Shown here one piece after another: positions 10,426 through 20,063 of a stretch of 64,000 bases of DNA. A model generated the notes under the pieces. The model saw only the letters and a list, made by a program, of their open reading frames with translations. It was not told the DNA's origin and did no database searches. The stretch spans positions 8,311-72,310 of the forward strand of contig JAGLSG010000064.1 in NCBI GenBank assembly GCA_023135865.1, given 5' to 3'. The position numbers and the translations under genes are program-made. This stretch comes from Planctomycetota bacterium. GTDB taxonomy: Bacteria; Planctomycetota; Phycisphaerae; Sedimentisphaerales; Anaerobacaceae. How positions within the stretch are numbered: position 1 is the stretch's first letter; each line of letters begins with the position of its first letter.

Positions 10426-10881
10426 TTATTGTTTTTTCATTAGCTGGTTGTATTCGTTTTGGAATCTCAATTTGTGGGCAACTTCTTCTTCTGCAATTGC
10501 CATCAGAACTTCGCGAGTTTCCTGTTCATAAGCATTTGGCAGCAAATTCACGTAGGTTCTAAATGATGCCTCTTCCTTTTCAATAGCCATGAGAAGCATG
10601 TCCTTGTAATCCATATCCAACGATACCTTATCACCAATTAGAACACTTTTTTTGACATATTTTTCAGGAACTTCTCTTATTGTTATGGTTTTGCCAAGTT
10701 TAACAAGCTCCAGTTCCAGCTTAGCTTTGTGTTCCAATTCTTCTTCGGCCAGCTGTTCAAACATTTCACGAACCTTATCATCGCTTAGATACTCAGCCAG
10801 GCCGGTATAAAACTCATAAGCTTCTATTTCTCGTTCGATGGCAAATTCAAGAACTTCCTCAAAAGCATCCGTTTTTTCCAT
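10426..10881 (-). CDS. Ferritin-like/rubrerythrin-domain protein (no rubredoxin domain)
   Basis: 151 aa. Two E..H-type di-iron half-sites (EREIEAYEFY...EEELEHK and EKEEASFRTY...EEEVAHK). Confidence 0.7.
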   Translation of the reverse strand: MEKTDAFEEVLEFAIEREIEAYEFYTGLAEYLSDDKVREMFEQLAEEELEHKAKLELELVKLGKTITIREVPEKYVKKSVLIGDKVSLDMDYKDMLLMAIEKEEASFRTYVNLLPNAYEQETREVLMAIAEEEVAHKLRFQNEYNQLMKKQ

Positions 10882-11001
10882 TTTAGGCCTCTTTTTATCC
10901 CCAGTTATTTGGTATGCAAATTATACAAAATTGATGTAAAATTGCACAAGTTTATTTTTTTTCTTGAGATTGTGTTTATTTGGCATATTTTCAAAATTTT
11001 C

Positions 11002-11030
11002 TGGACAATTTTCAATCAGCTCGTTAGAAT
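11002..11030 (+). promoter_or_regulatory. Candidate sigma70-type promoter for rpmA (TGGACA-N17-TAGAAT)
   Basis: -35 TGGACA at 11002-11007, a 17-nt spacer, and -10 TAGAAT at 11025-11030, about 50 nt upstream of the rpmA ATG. Pattern match only. Confidence 0.35.
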
Positions 11031-11082
11031 TACGGGTTTGAGATTTGACGATAAAATTTACATAAGTTTTTAGAGGTATTTT

Positions 11083-11316
11083 ATGGCTCATAAAAAAGGA
11101 CAGGGTTCATCGAGAAACGGCCGAGACAGTGGTCCGCAATATAGAGGTGTTAAACTTTACGGCGGACAGGCAGCTTGTGCCGGCTCTATTATTGTAAGAC
11201 AGTGTGGAACGAAATTTTTCCCCGGCAATAATGTCGGAATGGGAAGAGATTTTACTCTTTTTGCAACTGCTGACGGCACGGTCGAATTCAAAGGCCGCAA
11301 AGTTCACATTGTCTGA
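11083..11316 (+). CDS. rpmA: 50S ribosomal protein L27
   Basis: [29 protein letters not shown] is the canonical L27 N-terminus. Confidence 0.97.
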   Translation: MAHKKGQGSSRNGRDSGPQYRGVKLYGGQAACAGSIIVRQCGTKFFPGNNVGMGRDFTLFATADGTVEFKGRKVHIV

Positions 11317-11351
11317 CGACCAGATAGCTGTTAAAATAATCAATAACAATT

Positions 11352-11383
11352 AAGGATGGTATATTTTTTACCATCCTTTTTTT
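11352..11383 (+). terminator. Rho-independent terminator/attenuator between rpmA and obg
   Basis: 10-bp perfect stem AAGGATGGTA/TACCATCCTT (11352-11361 / 11369-11378), a 7-nt loop, then a T5 run. Confidence 0.7.
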
Positions 11384-11404
11384 ATAAAAGGTACGAGCAA
11401 CTAA

Positions 11405-12403
<999 letters not shown>

Positions 12404-12411
12404 CAACAAAC

Positions 12412-12449
12412 AACGCTTGCCCTCCATAGCTTGCGAAGGAGGGAGCAAC
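12412..12449. repeat. Short hairpin repeat (family H), copy 1; its 3' arm carries the coaX Shine-Dalgarno
   Basis: AACGCTTG-CCCTCC-atagcttgcgaa-GGAGGG-AGCAAC. The 6-bp stem is 12420-12425 / 12438-12443. Related copies lie at 13317-13364 and 25941-25984. Confidence 0.6.
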
Positions 12450-12454
12450 TAATT

Positions 12455-13246
12455 ATGAATATAATTGCGATAGATATTGGAAATACGAATACGGCAATCG
12501 GCTTATTTCTCAACGACAAAGAAGAATCAATAAAAACAATTGCAAATGATTCGCAGGTGGAACTGGCAAAGCATATCAAGTCTTGCTGGCAGAAAATTCC
12601 TGTTGTTAAAAATTCAAAAGAGAAAAAGCGAGATGGCGTTATTGTTGTAAGCTCAACCAAGCCGGCTGTAACAAAACTTATTGGCAAAATTATTAAAGAA
12701 AATATCGACGAAAAAATTCTGCTTATTGGCAAAGACATTCCACTTCCGATGAGTTTATGGGTGGATGAGCCGGACAAAGTCGGAACCGATAGAGTTGTTT
12801 CCGCTGCAGCGGCTTACGATGTTGTTGGAGATGCAGTGGTCATTGCCGATTTTGGAACAGCTGTTACGATTGACCTTGTCGATTCAAACGGCATTTTTCA
12901 GGGCGGCGTAATTTGTCCCGGCTTTGAAATCAGTGCAAGAGCATTAAAGGATAATACCGCTCAATTGCCGGAGGTAAAAGTTACACGGCCGGATTCACCT
13001 TACGGCAAAAACACAACCGAAGCTATAAATTGCGGCCTATACTATTGTGCAGTTGGTTTGCTTGAAGATATAATTCGGCGTTACGCAGAAAAAATCGGCA
13101 ACTGGCCGCAGACAATTCTAACCGGCTCAGCTGCAAATGTTATAAAAGATGATTGTGAGTTTATAGATTCATGGGTTCCGAATCTTGTAATTAAAGGCAT
13201 CGTCCTTACGTACAAAAAATATATCGAAGAAAAAGCAAATACATAA
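12455..13246 (+). CDS. coaX: Type III pantothenate kinase
   Basis: MNIIAIDIGNTNTAIGLF (ASKHA phosphate-1 motif) and ADFGTAVTID. I prefer ATG 12455 (GGAGGG 11 nt upstream) over the track's TTG at 12431. Confidence 0.9.
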   Translation: MNIIAIDIGNTNTAIGLFLNDKEESIKTIANDSQVELAKHIKSCWQKIPVVKNSKEKKRDGVIVVSSTKPAVTKLIGKIIKENIDEKILLIGKDIPLPMSLWVDEPDKVGTDRVVSAAAAYDVVGDAVVIADFGTAVTIDLVDSNGIFQGGVICPGFEISARALKDNTAQLPEVKVTRPDSPYGKNTTEAINCGLYYCAVGLLEDIIRRYAEKIGNWPQTILTGSAANVIKDDCEFIDSWVPNLVIKGIVLTYKKYIEEKANT

Positions 13247-13261
13247 ACACAAAAATCTATT

Positions 13262-14539
13262 TTGGCTTTTCAATCTGCTTCAAATATGAACTCCAAATCA
13301 AAAACGAGCAACGAGCAACGCTTGTCCGCCGTAGCTTCAGCGAAGGCGGAAGCTACGAGCAACGTAGTTGCCGCAGTTATGACCGGCAAAGGAGCCGGCG
13401 CAATATCAACTATCGAGGTCTTTGGCAAAAAGGCCGAAACCGTCATACAAAAAATCTTCATCCCTTCAAAAAATAATCAATCACAATTAAAAACAGGCCG
13501 TGTTTTGCTCGGCACAATTAAAGATGGAAATGAAATCATCGACCAGGTTACAATCGGCTGCGAAGCTGATAATTGCTACGCTATAAATTGTCACGGCAAT
13601 CCTCTGATTGTCGAAATGATTATGCAGCTGCTCGGCAAAAACAGCGTAAAACTAATAACTGCGAAAGAACTTTTAATAAAAATATTCTGCCAGCAGGAAA
13701 AATTAAACACCATCGAGCTGGAATCAAAGTTGGCTCGATTAAAAGCTGCAACAATTGAGGGAACAAAAATAATTGCAAATCAAATTGATTTTGGCCTGGC
13801 CAGAACCACTGCAAACTGGCTGGAAAATTTGGATGATTTGCAACTTGATGAAATTAAAACGCAATGCGAAAAAATTCTAAAAGCAACTCAAACAGCTGGA
13901 TTGATTATGTATGGCTGCAAAATCGCTATAGTTGGCCAACCTAATACTGGGAAAAGCACATTGCTGAATTGTCTTTGCGGCCGCCAAAAAGCGATAGTAA
14001 CCGATGTTCGCGGCACAACCCGCGACTGGGTAAGTGCTTTCTGCAAAATCGGGCCACTTTCAGTAGAATTATTTGACACAGCCGGTCTGGACGAAAAACT
14101 TTCAACTTCCGAGCAAGCCGCACAAAAAGAAACCGTAAATATTTTAAGACAAGCTGATTTGGTTTTATTTGTTTTGGATGGCAGCGAATCAATAGAACAG
14201 TTAGACAAAAAAGTTATAGATAAACTTGTCCCGAGCCAGGCCGAGGGAACTATTCTAACTGTTTTGAATAAATCCGATTTAGAATTTCATCTCAAAACCG
14301 ACAAACTGCCTTCAATATTAAATAACACTGTTAAAATAAGTGCAAAATTAGATACTGGAATTGATGAGCTTAGAGAAAAAATCCTTAAATTGTCCGGCAC
14401 TGATAATTTCGATTTGCGACAAGCGGTTTGCACAACAACTCGGCAGGAAAATTTATTGATACGATTAACTAATGCAAAATCAAAAGATATTGCCGTGGCA
14501 ATTATAACAGAGTTGTTAAACGCTCCATTGAGTGTATAA
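13262..14539 (+). CDS. mnmE: MnmE(TrmE)-like GTPase, divergent, lacking the C-terminal C-I-G-K tail
   Basis: N-terminal domain GAGAISTIEVFG...INCHGNPLIVEMIMQLL. G-domain GQPNTGKSTLLN, TDVRGTTRD, DTAGL, NKSD. It ends ...ITELLNAPLSV. The start is ambiguous (TTG 13262, ATG 13286 or ATG 13379). Confidence 0.75.
   Translation: MAFQSASNMNSKSKTSNEQRLSAVASAKAEATSNVVAAVMTGKGAGAISTIEVFGKKAETVIQKIFIPSKNNQSQLKTGRVLLGTIKDGNEIIDQVTIGCEADNCYAINCHGNPLIVEMIMQLLGKNSVKLITAKELLIKIFCQQEKLNTIELESKLARLKAATIEGTKIIANQIDFGLARTTANWLENLDDLQLDEIKTQCEKILKATQTAGLIMYGCKIAIVGQPNTGKSTLLNCLCGRQKAIVTDVRGTTRDWVSAFCKIGPLSVELFDTAGLDEKLSTSEQAAQKETVNILRQADLVLFVLDGSESIEQLDKKVIDKLVPSQAEGTILTVLNKSDLEFHLKTDKLPSILNNTVKISAKLDTGIDELREKILKLSGTDNFDLRQAVCTTTRQENLLIRLTNAKSKDIAVAIITELLNAPLSV
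13317..13364. repeat. Short hairpin repeat (family H), copy 2, inside the annotated 5' end of the mnmE-like ORF
   Basis: AACGCTTG-TCCGCC-gtagcttcagcgaa-GGCGGA-AGCTACGAGCAACG. The hairpin is flanked on both sides by ACGAGCAACG (13311-13320 and 13355-13364). Confidence 0.6.
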
Positions 14540-14548
14540 TCTTTTAAT

Positions 14549-17173
14549 ATGGCCGCACAAGACAAAAAATTAACTCCTGCAATGAAGCAGTTTCATCACT
14601 TCAAGCAGAAATATCCCGATGCGATATTGTTTTTTCGCATGGGCGATTTCTACGAAACTTTTTATGAAGATGCCAGAATCTGCTCGAAGGTTTGCGGTTT
14701 AACTTTAACCAGCCGCAGTAAGGGCAAAAATCCAATTCCGCTGGCCGGAGTGCCCTACCATGCGGTTGACGGTTACATAAAAAAAATGCTGCAAGCCGGC
14801 TACAAAGTTGCAGTTTGCGAACAAATCGAAAATGCCAAAGATGCAATAGGCGTTGTAAAACGTGATGTTGTGCGAATCATAACAGCCGGCACATTAACTG
14901 ACGATACATTGCTTGATGCAAGAGAGGACAATTTTCTCTGCTCGGTATGGCTCGATTCAAAACAGGCAGCAATCAGCTGGGTTGACATTTCAACCGGCCA
15001 CTTTTTCGTCCAGCATTTGCCGGAAGAAAATCTGCTCGACGAATTATTGAGATTATCACCAGCCGAATGCCTTTTGCCCGACCGGCGCGGCGAATTATTT
15101 GAAGCTGAAACAAAAAAACTTGCCAAGAGCATTTCGCAATTGACCAACTGCATAATAACTGAAAGACCGCTTTGGTATTTCGACCCCTACCAGGCAAAGC
15201 AGCGTTTATTAAAACATTTCGGAACAGCTACTTTGGAGGGTTTTGGCATTGAAGATGCTGACGGTTGGCTAATCCCACCGGCTGGAGCAATTATCGAATA
15301 CTTAAATGAAACACAAAAAACCGCCCTCGGCCATATTTCGAATATCAAAAAAATCAGCCGTGAAAAATTCCTGCAAATCGACCAGACTTCTCTGCAAAGT
15401 TTGGAGATTTTGCGAACAATTCGTTCGGAAGGCAAAAAGGGCTCACTTTTGGATTGCCTCGATTCAACGCTAACCGCAATGGGAGCGAGGATGTTCAGAA
15501 GCTGGCTGTGTATGCCCCTTAATAATCTCGGAGCAATAGAACTTCGTCAGGACGCAATCGAGGAATTAAAAGATGACGAAATGAAATTGGCCAAAATTCG
15601 CGGACTTCTCTCGAACGTCTGTGATACGGAAAGAATTGCAGCTCGGCTCACAACTTCAAGGGCAGCGCCTCGGGATTTACTAGCATTGGCAAACACACTT
15701 CGGCAAGTGCCGATTTTACGGGAAATTTTGCAGCAATTTACAGCTGATTTACTTATGCAATTAGCTGACAACTGCGATAGTATGGACGAATTAGCTGTTC
15801 TTCTTGAAGCGGCAATCGAGCCAAACAGTCCCACACATTTTCGAGATGGCGGCGTAATAAGAGCCGGCTTTTCTGAAAAGCTCGACGAACTTCGCTGCAT
15901 TTCCAGAGACGGCCAAAGCTGGCTCAGGAATTACCAGAAAACTCAGGTAGAGCTGACCGGAATTACAAATTTGAAAATCGGCTACAATAAAATTTTCGGC
16001 TATTACATTGAAGTGAATCACTCCGCTGCCGAAAAAGTTCCGGACAATTACGTTCGCAAACAAACCATAAAAAATGCTGAGCGTTACATCACCGATGAAT
16101 TAAAAAATTACGAAGGCAAAGTTCTTTCAGCAGACGAAAAAGCAATCGAGCTTGAACTCGAACTTTTCGAGCAGGTTCGCAGTCAGGCCACACAATATGT
16201 TCTGCGTATGCAAAAACTCGCTGAAGTTTTGGCAGATTGCGATTGCCTTTGTTCGCTCGCATTCACAGCAAGACGGCGTAATTACATTCGTCCGAAATTA
16301 ACCAGCGGCGGTGAGCTTGAAATAATCGAAGGCAAACACCCTGTGTTAGCTGAATCTCTGCAAGCCGAATTTGTGCCAAACGACATTGAACTGGGCAGCG
16401 GCTTTGGTGATTGTTTAATTATTACAGGCCCAAATATGAGTGGAAAGAGTACATATATTCGGCAAACCGCCCTGCTTGTTTTAATGGCTCAAACGGGCAG
16501 TTTTATTCCAGCTAAGGCCGCAACTATTGGCCTGGTTGACAGAATTTTTACACGTGTCGGCGCTTCGGATGAATTAAGCAGAGGCCAATCGACTTTTATG
16601 GTCGAAATGACCGAGATGGCAAACATTATTAACAATGCCACTGAAAAATCTCTCGTGATTTTGGATGAAGTCGGCCGCGGCACGAGCACTTACGATGGCC
16701 TATCTCTTGCCTGGGCAATTACCGAACATATTGCGAGCAAGCTGAAATGCCGAACGCTTTTTGCAACGCATTATCACGAACTGACCGAACTTGCCGAGCT
16801 TTTTGAAAACGTTAAAAATTATAATGTAGCTGTTCGTGAATGGATGGATGAGGTTGTTTTCCTGCACAAGATTTTGCCCGGCGGAACTGATAAAAGTTAC
16901 GGCATTCACGTTGCCAAGTTAGCTGGCATTCCAAAATCTATTTTGGACAGGAGCAGTGAAATTTTAAACGAACTGGAAAGCACATTCCAAAAAGAGGCCG
17001 GAGGAGAGCATTTAGCCAAACACAAAACAAAAGAGCCGGATACGGATTTACTTTTCGTACAGAAACATAAATCGGTTCTGGATAAACTAACTACAATCGA
17101 CCTTGACAATCTTACCCCCATTGAAGCAATAAATCTGTTAAGCCAGATAAAAAAGGAAATTGACGGAAAATAA
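14549..17173 (+). CDS. mutS: DNA mismatch repair protein MutS
   Basis: 874 aa. TPAMKQFHHFKQKYPDAILFFRMGDFYETF, Walker A GPNMSGKST, DEVGRGTSTYDG. Confidence 0.97.
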   Translation: MAAQDKKLTPAMKQFHHFKQKYPDAILFFRMGDFYETFYEDARICSKVCGLTLTSRSKGKNPIPLAGVPYHAVDGYIKKMLQAGYKVAVCEQIENAKDAIGVVKRDVVRIITAGTLTDDTLLDAREDNFLCSVWLDSKQAAISWVDISTGHFFVQHLPEENLLDELLRLSPAECLLPDRRGELFEAETKKLAKSISQLTNCIITERPLWYFDPYQAKQRLLKHFGTATLEGFGIEDADGWLIPPAGAIIEYLNETQKTALGHISNIKKISREKFLQIDQTSLQSLEILRTIRSEGKKGSLLDCLDSTLTAMGARMFRSWLCMPLNNLGAIELRQDAIEELKDDEMKLAKIRGLLSNVCDTERIAARLTTSRAAPRDLLALANTLRQVPILREILQQFTADLLMQLADNCDSMDELAVLLEAAIEPNSPTHFRDGGVIRAGFSEKLDELRCISRDGQSWLRNYQKTQVELTGITNLKIGYNKIFGYYIEVNHSAAEKVPDNYVRKQTIKNAERYITDELKNYEGKVLSADEKAIELELELFEQVRSQATQYVLRMQKLAEVLADCDCLCSLAFTARRRNYIRPKLTSGGELEIIEGKHPVLAESLQAEFVPNDIELGSGFGDCLIITGPNMSGKSTYIRQTALLVLMAQTGSFIPAKAATIGLVDRIFTRVGASDELSRGQSTFMVEMTEMANIINNATEKSLVILDEVGRGTSTYDGLSLAWAITEHIASKLKCRTLFATHYHELTELAELFENVKNYNVAVREWMDEVVFLHKILPGGTDKSYGIHVAKLAGIPKSILDRSSEILNELESTFQKEAGGEHLAKHKTKEPDTDLLFVQKHKSVLDKLTTIDLDNLTPIEAINLLSQIKKEIDGK

Positions 17174-17220
17174 TTTACTAAACTTTCAACGTAAAGTATT
17201 TGTCCACTTAAGAAATTATT

Positions 17221-17814
17221 TTATTTATCCTGTTCCTTGATTTCACTTCTTAACTTCGTATAGTTTCTAATCTTTTGCTGCTTATCCTCCACAGAACTTA
17301 CCTGATATTTGTAGTAGCCATTGTATAATTCTCTGGTGTAATTATTAGGTTTGGTTAGTATTGCTGAGACATAATAATTTTCGCCATCGTAAAGAAACTG
17401 GTAAAACTTAGGAACATAAGGCGACTCATACACTATGGGGCTGTCATCGTAAGGAAGCTTTAATTTTTTCCCCAATTCAGATTGAAAATATTTCAACAAT
17501 TCTTCAACAGAATCTACATATCCTGAAACCCCTGGCGGTGGATATTGATATTGTTCAGGAATTTCCTGGTCGGTAATAACAACACTTACAGGAACCGCAA
17601 CATAACCTTCCTCAACATCTTCAAACCAATCATGGTAGGGATAGTTACCCGTTTTTTCTTTGTACTGCTCACAAAGTTCAGCAATGTAATGAACATCTTG
17701 AATTCTCTCAGCATCAGTCTTGGGATCAGTTTGAGGGGTGTCAGTATTGCATCCAGCAAAAACAACAAATAGAAACAAGGCCATTATTTCTATTGTTTTA
17801 ATCATTCGACTCAT
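17221..17814 (-). CDS. Hypothetical lipoprotein (AT-rich orphan)
   Basis: Lipobox LFLFVVFAGC-N. I prefer ATG 17814 (AGGGG upstream) over the longest ORF start at 17859. No recognisable domain. A hand-counted 100-nt sample (17301-17400) is 33% GC. Confidence 0.5.
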   Translation of the reverse strand: MSRMIKTIEIMALFLFVVFAGCNTDTPQTDPKTDAERIQDVHYIAELCEQYKEKTGNYPYHDWFEDVEEGYVAVPVSVVITDQEIPEQYQYPPPGVSGYVDSVEELLKYFQSELGKKLKLPYDDSPIVYESPYVPKFYQFLYDGENYYVSAILTKPNNYTRELYNGYYKYQVSSVEDKQQKIRNYTKLRSEIKEQDK

Positions 17815-17952
17815 TTTTACACCCCTAACATAGTTTTGTGTTTTGTCATTCTCGTTCAATTAAATATAATAACTACAAACCTCTTTCCAGTCAAACCAAA
17901 ATTTACTCTTGTTTTATTGCTTAGATGATTGATTTTTCATTTGGTTTATTGA

Positions 17953-19089
17953 ATGTCTTTGGCTATTATATCGGCTATGAAAAAGGTTCTTGCAGATAGG
18001 ACAAATAAAATCGACGCAAGCGGAATACGAAAAGTTTTCGCTCTCGCAGCCACAATGAAAAACCCAATAAATTTCTCAATCGGCCAGCCGGATTTTGATA
18101 TTCCCCAGCCAATAAAAGCTGAAGCAATAAAAGCCATTCAATCCGGCGCAAATAAGTATTCACTGACAGCCGGCGATGATGCTCTAAAAGAGAAAATAAC
18201 CAGTCAAATAAAAGATAAGTTCGGCTGGCAAAATCCATCGACAATTGTAACCAGCGGAGTAAGCGGCGGATTGCTGTTGGCTTTTATGACACTAATAAAT
18301 CCCGGCGATGAAGTCATAATACCAGACCCGTATTTCGTAATGTATAAACATCTCGTAAATATGCTCGGCGGAAAATGCGTTTTTGTTGACAGCTATCCTG
18401 ATTTTAATCTGCCGGTCGAAAAAATCAGCAAAGCCATAACGGATAAAACAAAAATTATCGTGCTAAATTCACCCTGCAATCCGACGGGAATTGTATATTC
18501 AGCAGAGCAAATCAAGGCAATGGCAAAAGTGGCAGCAGAAAAAGACATTCTCGTTATTACCGATGAAATCTACGACAGATTCTGCTACGACGGGCCGTGC
18601 CCGAGCATAGCGAGCTATTACGATAAAACGCTTTTGCTTGGCGGCTTTAGCAAAACCTACGCAATGACCGGCTGGCGGGTCGGATTTGCGACAGCACCGG
18701 CGGCACTGGCTGAAGTAATCGAGCAGATGACAAAAATTCAGCAATATACTTTTGTCTGTTCGCCCACGCCTTTTCAAAAGGCAGCTGTTGCGGCGATGGA
18801 TTACGATGTAAGTGATTTGGTTGCTGCATACAAAAAGAAACGGGATTTGATTTACAACGGCTTGAAGGAAAAGTTTGAACTTAATCTGCCCGGCGGTGCT
18901 TTTTACGCATTTGTAAAAGCGCCCGATGGAATTAGTGCAACAAAGTTTGTTGAAAAAGCCATTGCCAATAATGTTTTAATAATTCCCGGAAATGTTTTTA
19001 GTGAAAAGGATACGCATTTCAGGATAAGTTACGCAACCAGCGATGACAAAATCCAAGAGGGAATCGAAATCCTCTGCAAACTTGCATAG
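17953..19089 (+). CDS. PLP-dependent aminotransferase, class I/II (aspartate aminotransferase-like)
   Basis: 378 aa. NSPCNPTG and GGFSKTYAMTGWRVGF (PLP-lysine motif). Confidence 0.9.
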   Translation: MSLAIISAMKKVLADRTNKIDASGIRKVFALAATMKNPINFSIGQPDFDIPQPIKAEAIKAIQSGANKYSLTAGDDALKEKITSQIKDKFGWQNPSTIVTSGVSGGLLLAFMTLINPGDEVIIPDPYFVMYKHLVNMLGGKCVFVDSYPDFNLPVEKISKAITDKTKIIVLNSPCNPTGIVYSAEQIKAMAKVAAEKDILVITDEIYDRFCYDGPCPSIASYYDKTLLLGGFSKTYAMTGWRVGFATAPAALAEVIEQMTKIQQYTFVCSPTPFQKAAVAAMDYDVSDLVAAYKKKRDLIYNGLKEKFELNLPGGAFYAFVKAPDGISATKFVEKAIANNVLIIPGNVFSEKDTHFRISYATSDDKIQEGIEILCKLA

Positions 19090-19127
19090 TACCATAATAC
19101 GATTAAAAAAGATTGCAGATTAACTTT

Positions 19128-20036
19128 TTATTCTATTGTATGTACAACATTCTCTGCCTGGCTTTGTATCTTTTTTTCAACAGTCTCTGTTACAGTATCT
19201 ATTATTCGGGTTTTTGTTTGTTCGTCTGTCAAATAGCTGTCAAGGCATTGGCTCAATTCGTCGGTTTTGAATGGCGGCTCAGAATATGCCCGAACGACGT
19301 AGCTTTCTGTTGTTCTTGAAAACCTCTTTCGCCATTTGCGTAATCTATCTTGCTCTGAATATCTTTCGATTTTTTGTTGATTTTTTTGCATAGCTGTCTC
19401 GTATTCATCTCGGAGATCTGTATCCTGTATGGTCTCCGATTCTATAGTGCCTGGGAACCCCATACTAATAGCTACGACATTAGGGCTGACTGTCACTTCA
19501 TTTGGGTCCCAACTTGGATCAATAGCAGTTATCAATCGTTTCCATGTATGCAGACGCACTTCCAGGTCTTTCTTCCTGCTTTGTGCAAAATCCTCACCTT
19601 TGGGTGCGTCAAACGCATACATTTTTGTTATTACATGATCAGTTAATTCCAGCTCTATAGTAACTGAGATTTTATCTGGTTCTTCCAAAGCAGACAAGGC
19701 ATATTCCCTTGCGAGTACAAATCTTCTGTTGCTTTTAAAACCTCCCGAAGTAAGTGGCTTACAAATCTCCAGCATCAAGCGAGCGTAATATTCTCTGTTA
19801 CTTTCTTGTTTCCATTTGTCCCGGATTTCATCGGCAAATTGTTCATATTTCCCAAGGTCGTTTGTTTGTCCCGGGGAGAGAGATTTACGCATTGCTCTTA
19901 TGCTGTTCATATCTTGCGTGTATTCCTGTTTTTGCATTTCTAAAGCATCAGAATTTACACCAAATGCTGCACTTTGCAGTAAAACAAAACACAAGAGAGC
20001 TAAAAAAGAAAATGTAATATATATTCTTTTTGACAT
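19128..20036 (-). CDS. Hypothetical secreted/membrane-anchored protein downstream of murG
   Basis: 302 aa. N-terminal signal/anchor FSFLALLCFVLLQSAAFG. The remainder is charged and helical with no recognised motif. It starts 27 nt after the murG stop on the same strand. Confidence 0.5.
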   Translation of the reverse strand: MSKRIYITFSFLALLCFVLLQSAAFGVNSDALEMQKQEYTQDMNSIRAMRKSLSPGQTNDLGKYEQFADEIRDKWKQESNREYYARLMLEICKPLTSGGFKSNRRFVLAREYALSALEEPDKISVTIELELTDHVITKMYAFDAPKGEDFAQSRKKDLEVRLHTWKRLITAIDPSWDPNEVTVSPNVVAISMGFPGTIESETIQDTDLRDEYETAMQKNQQKIERYSEQDRLRKWRKRFSRTTESYVVRAYSEPPFKTDELSQCLDSYLTDEQTKTRIIDTVTETVEKKIQSQAENVVHTIE

Positions 20037-20063
20037 AATTTATCCCCTTTCAAATATTAACAT

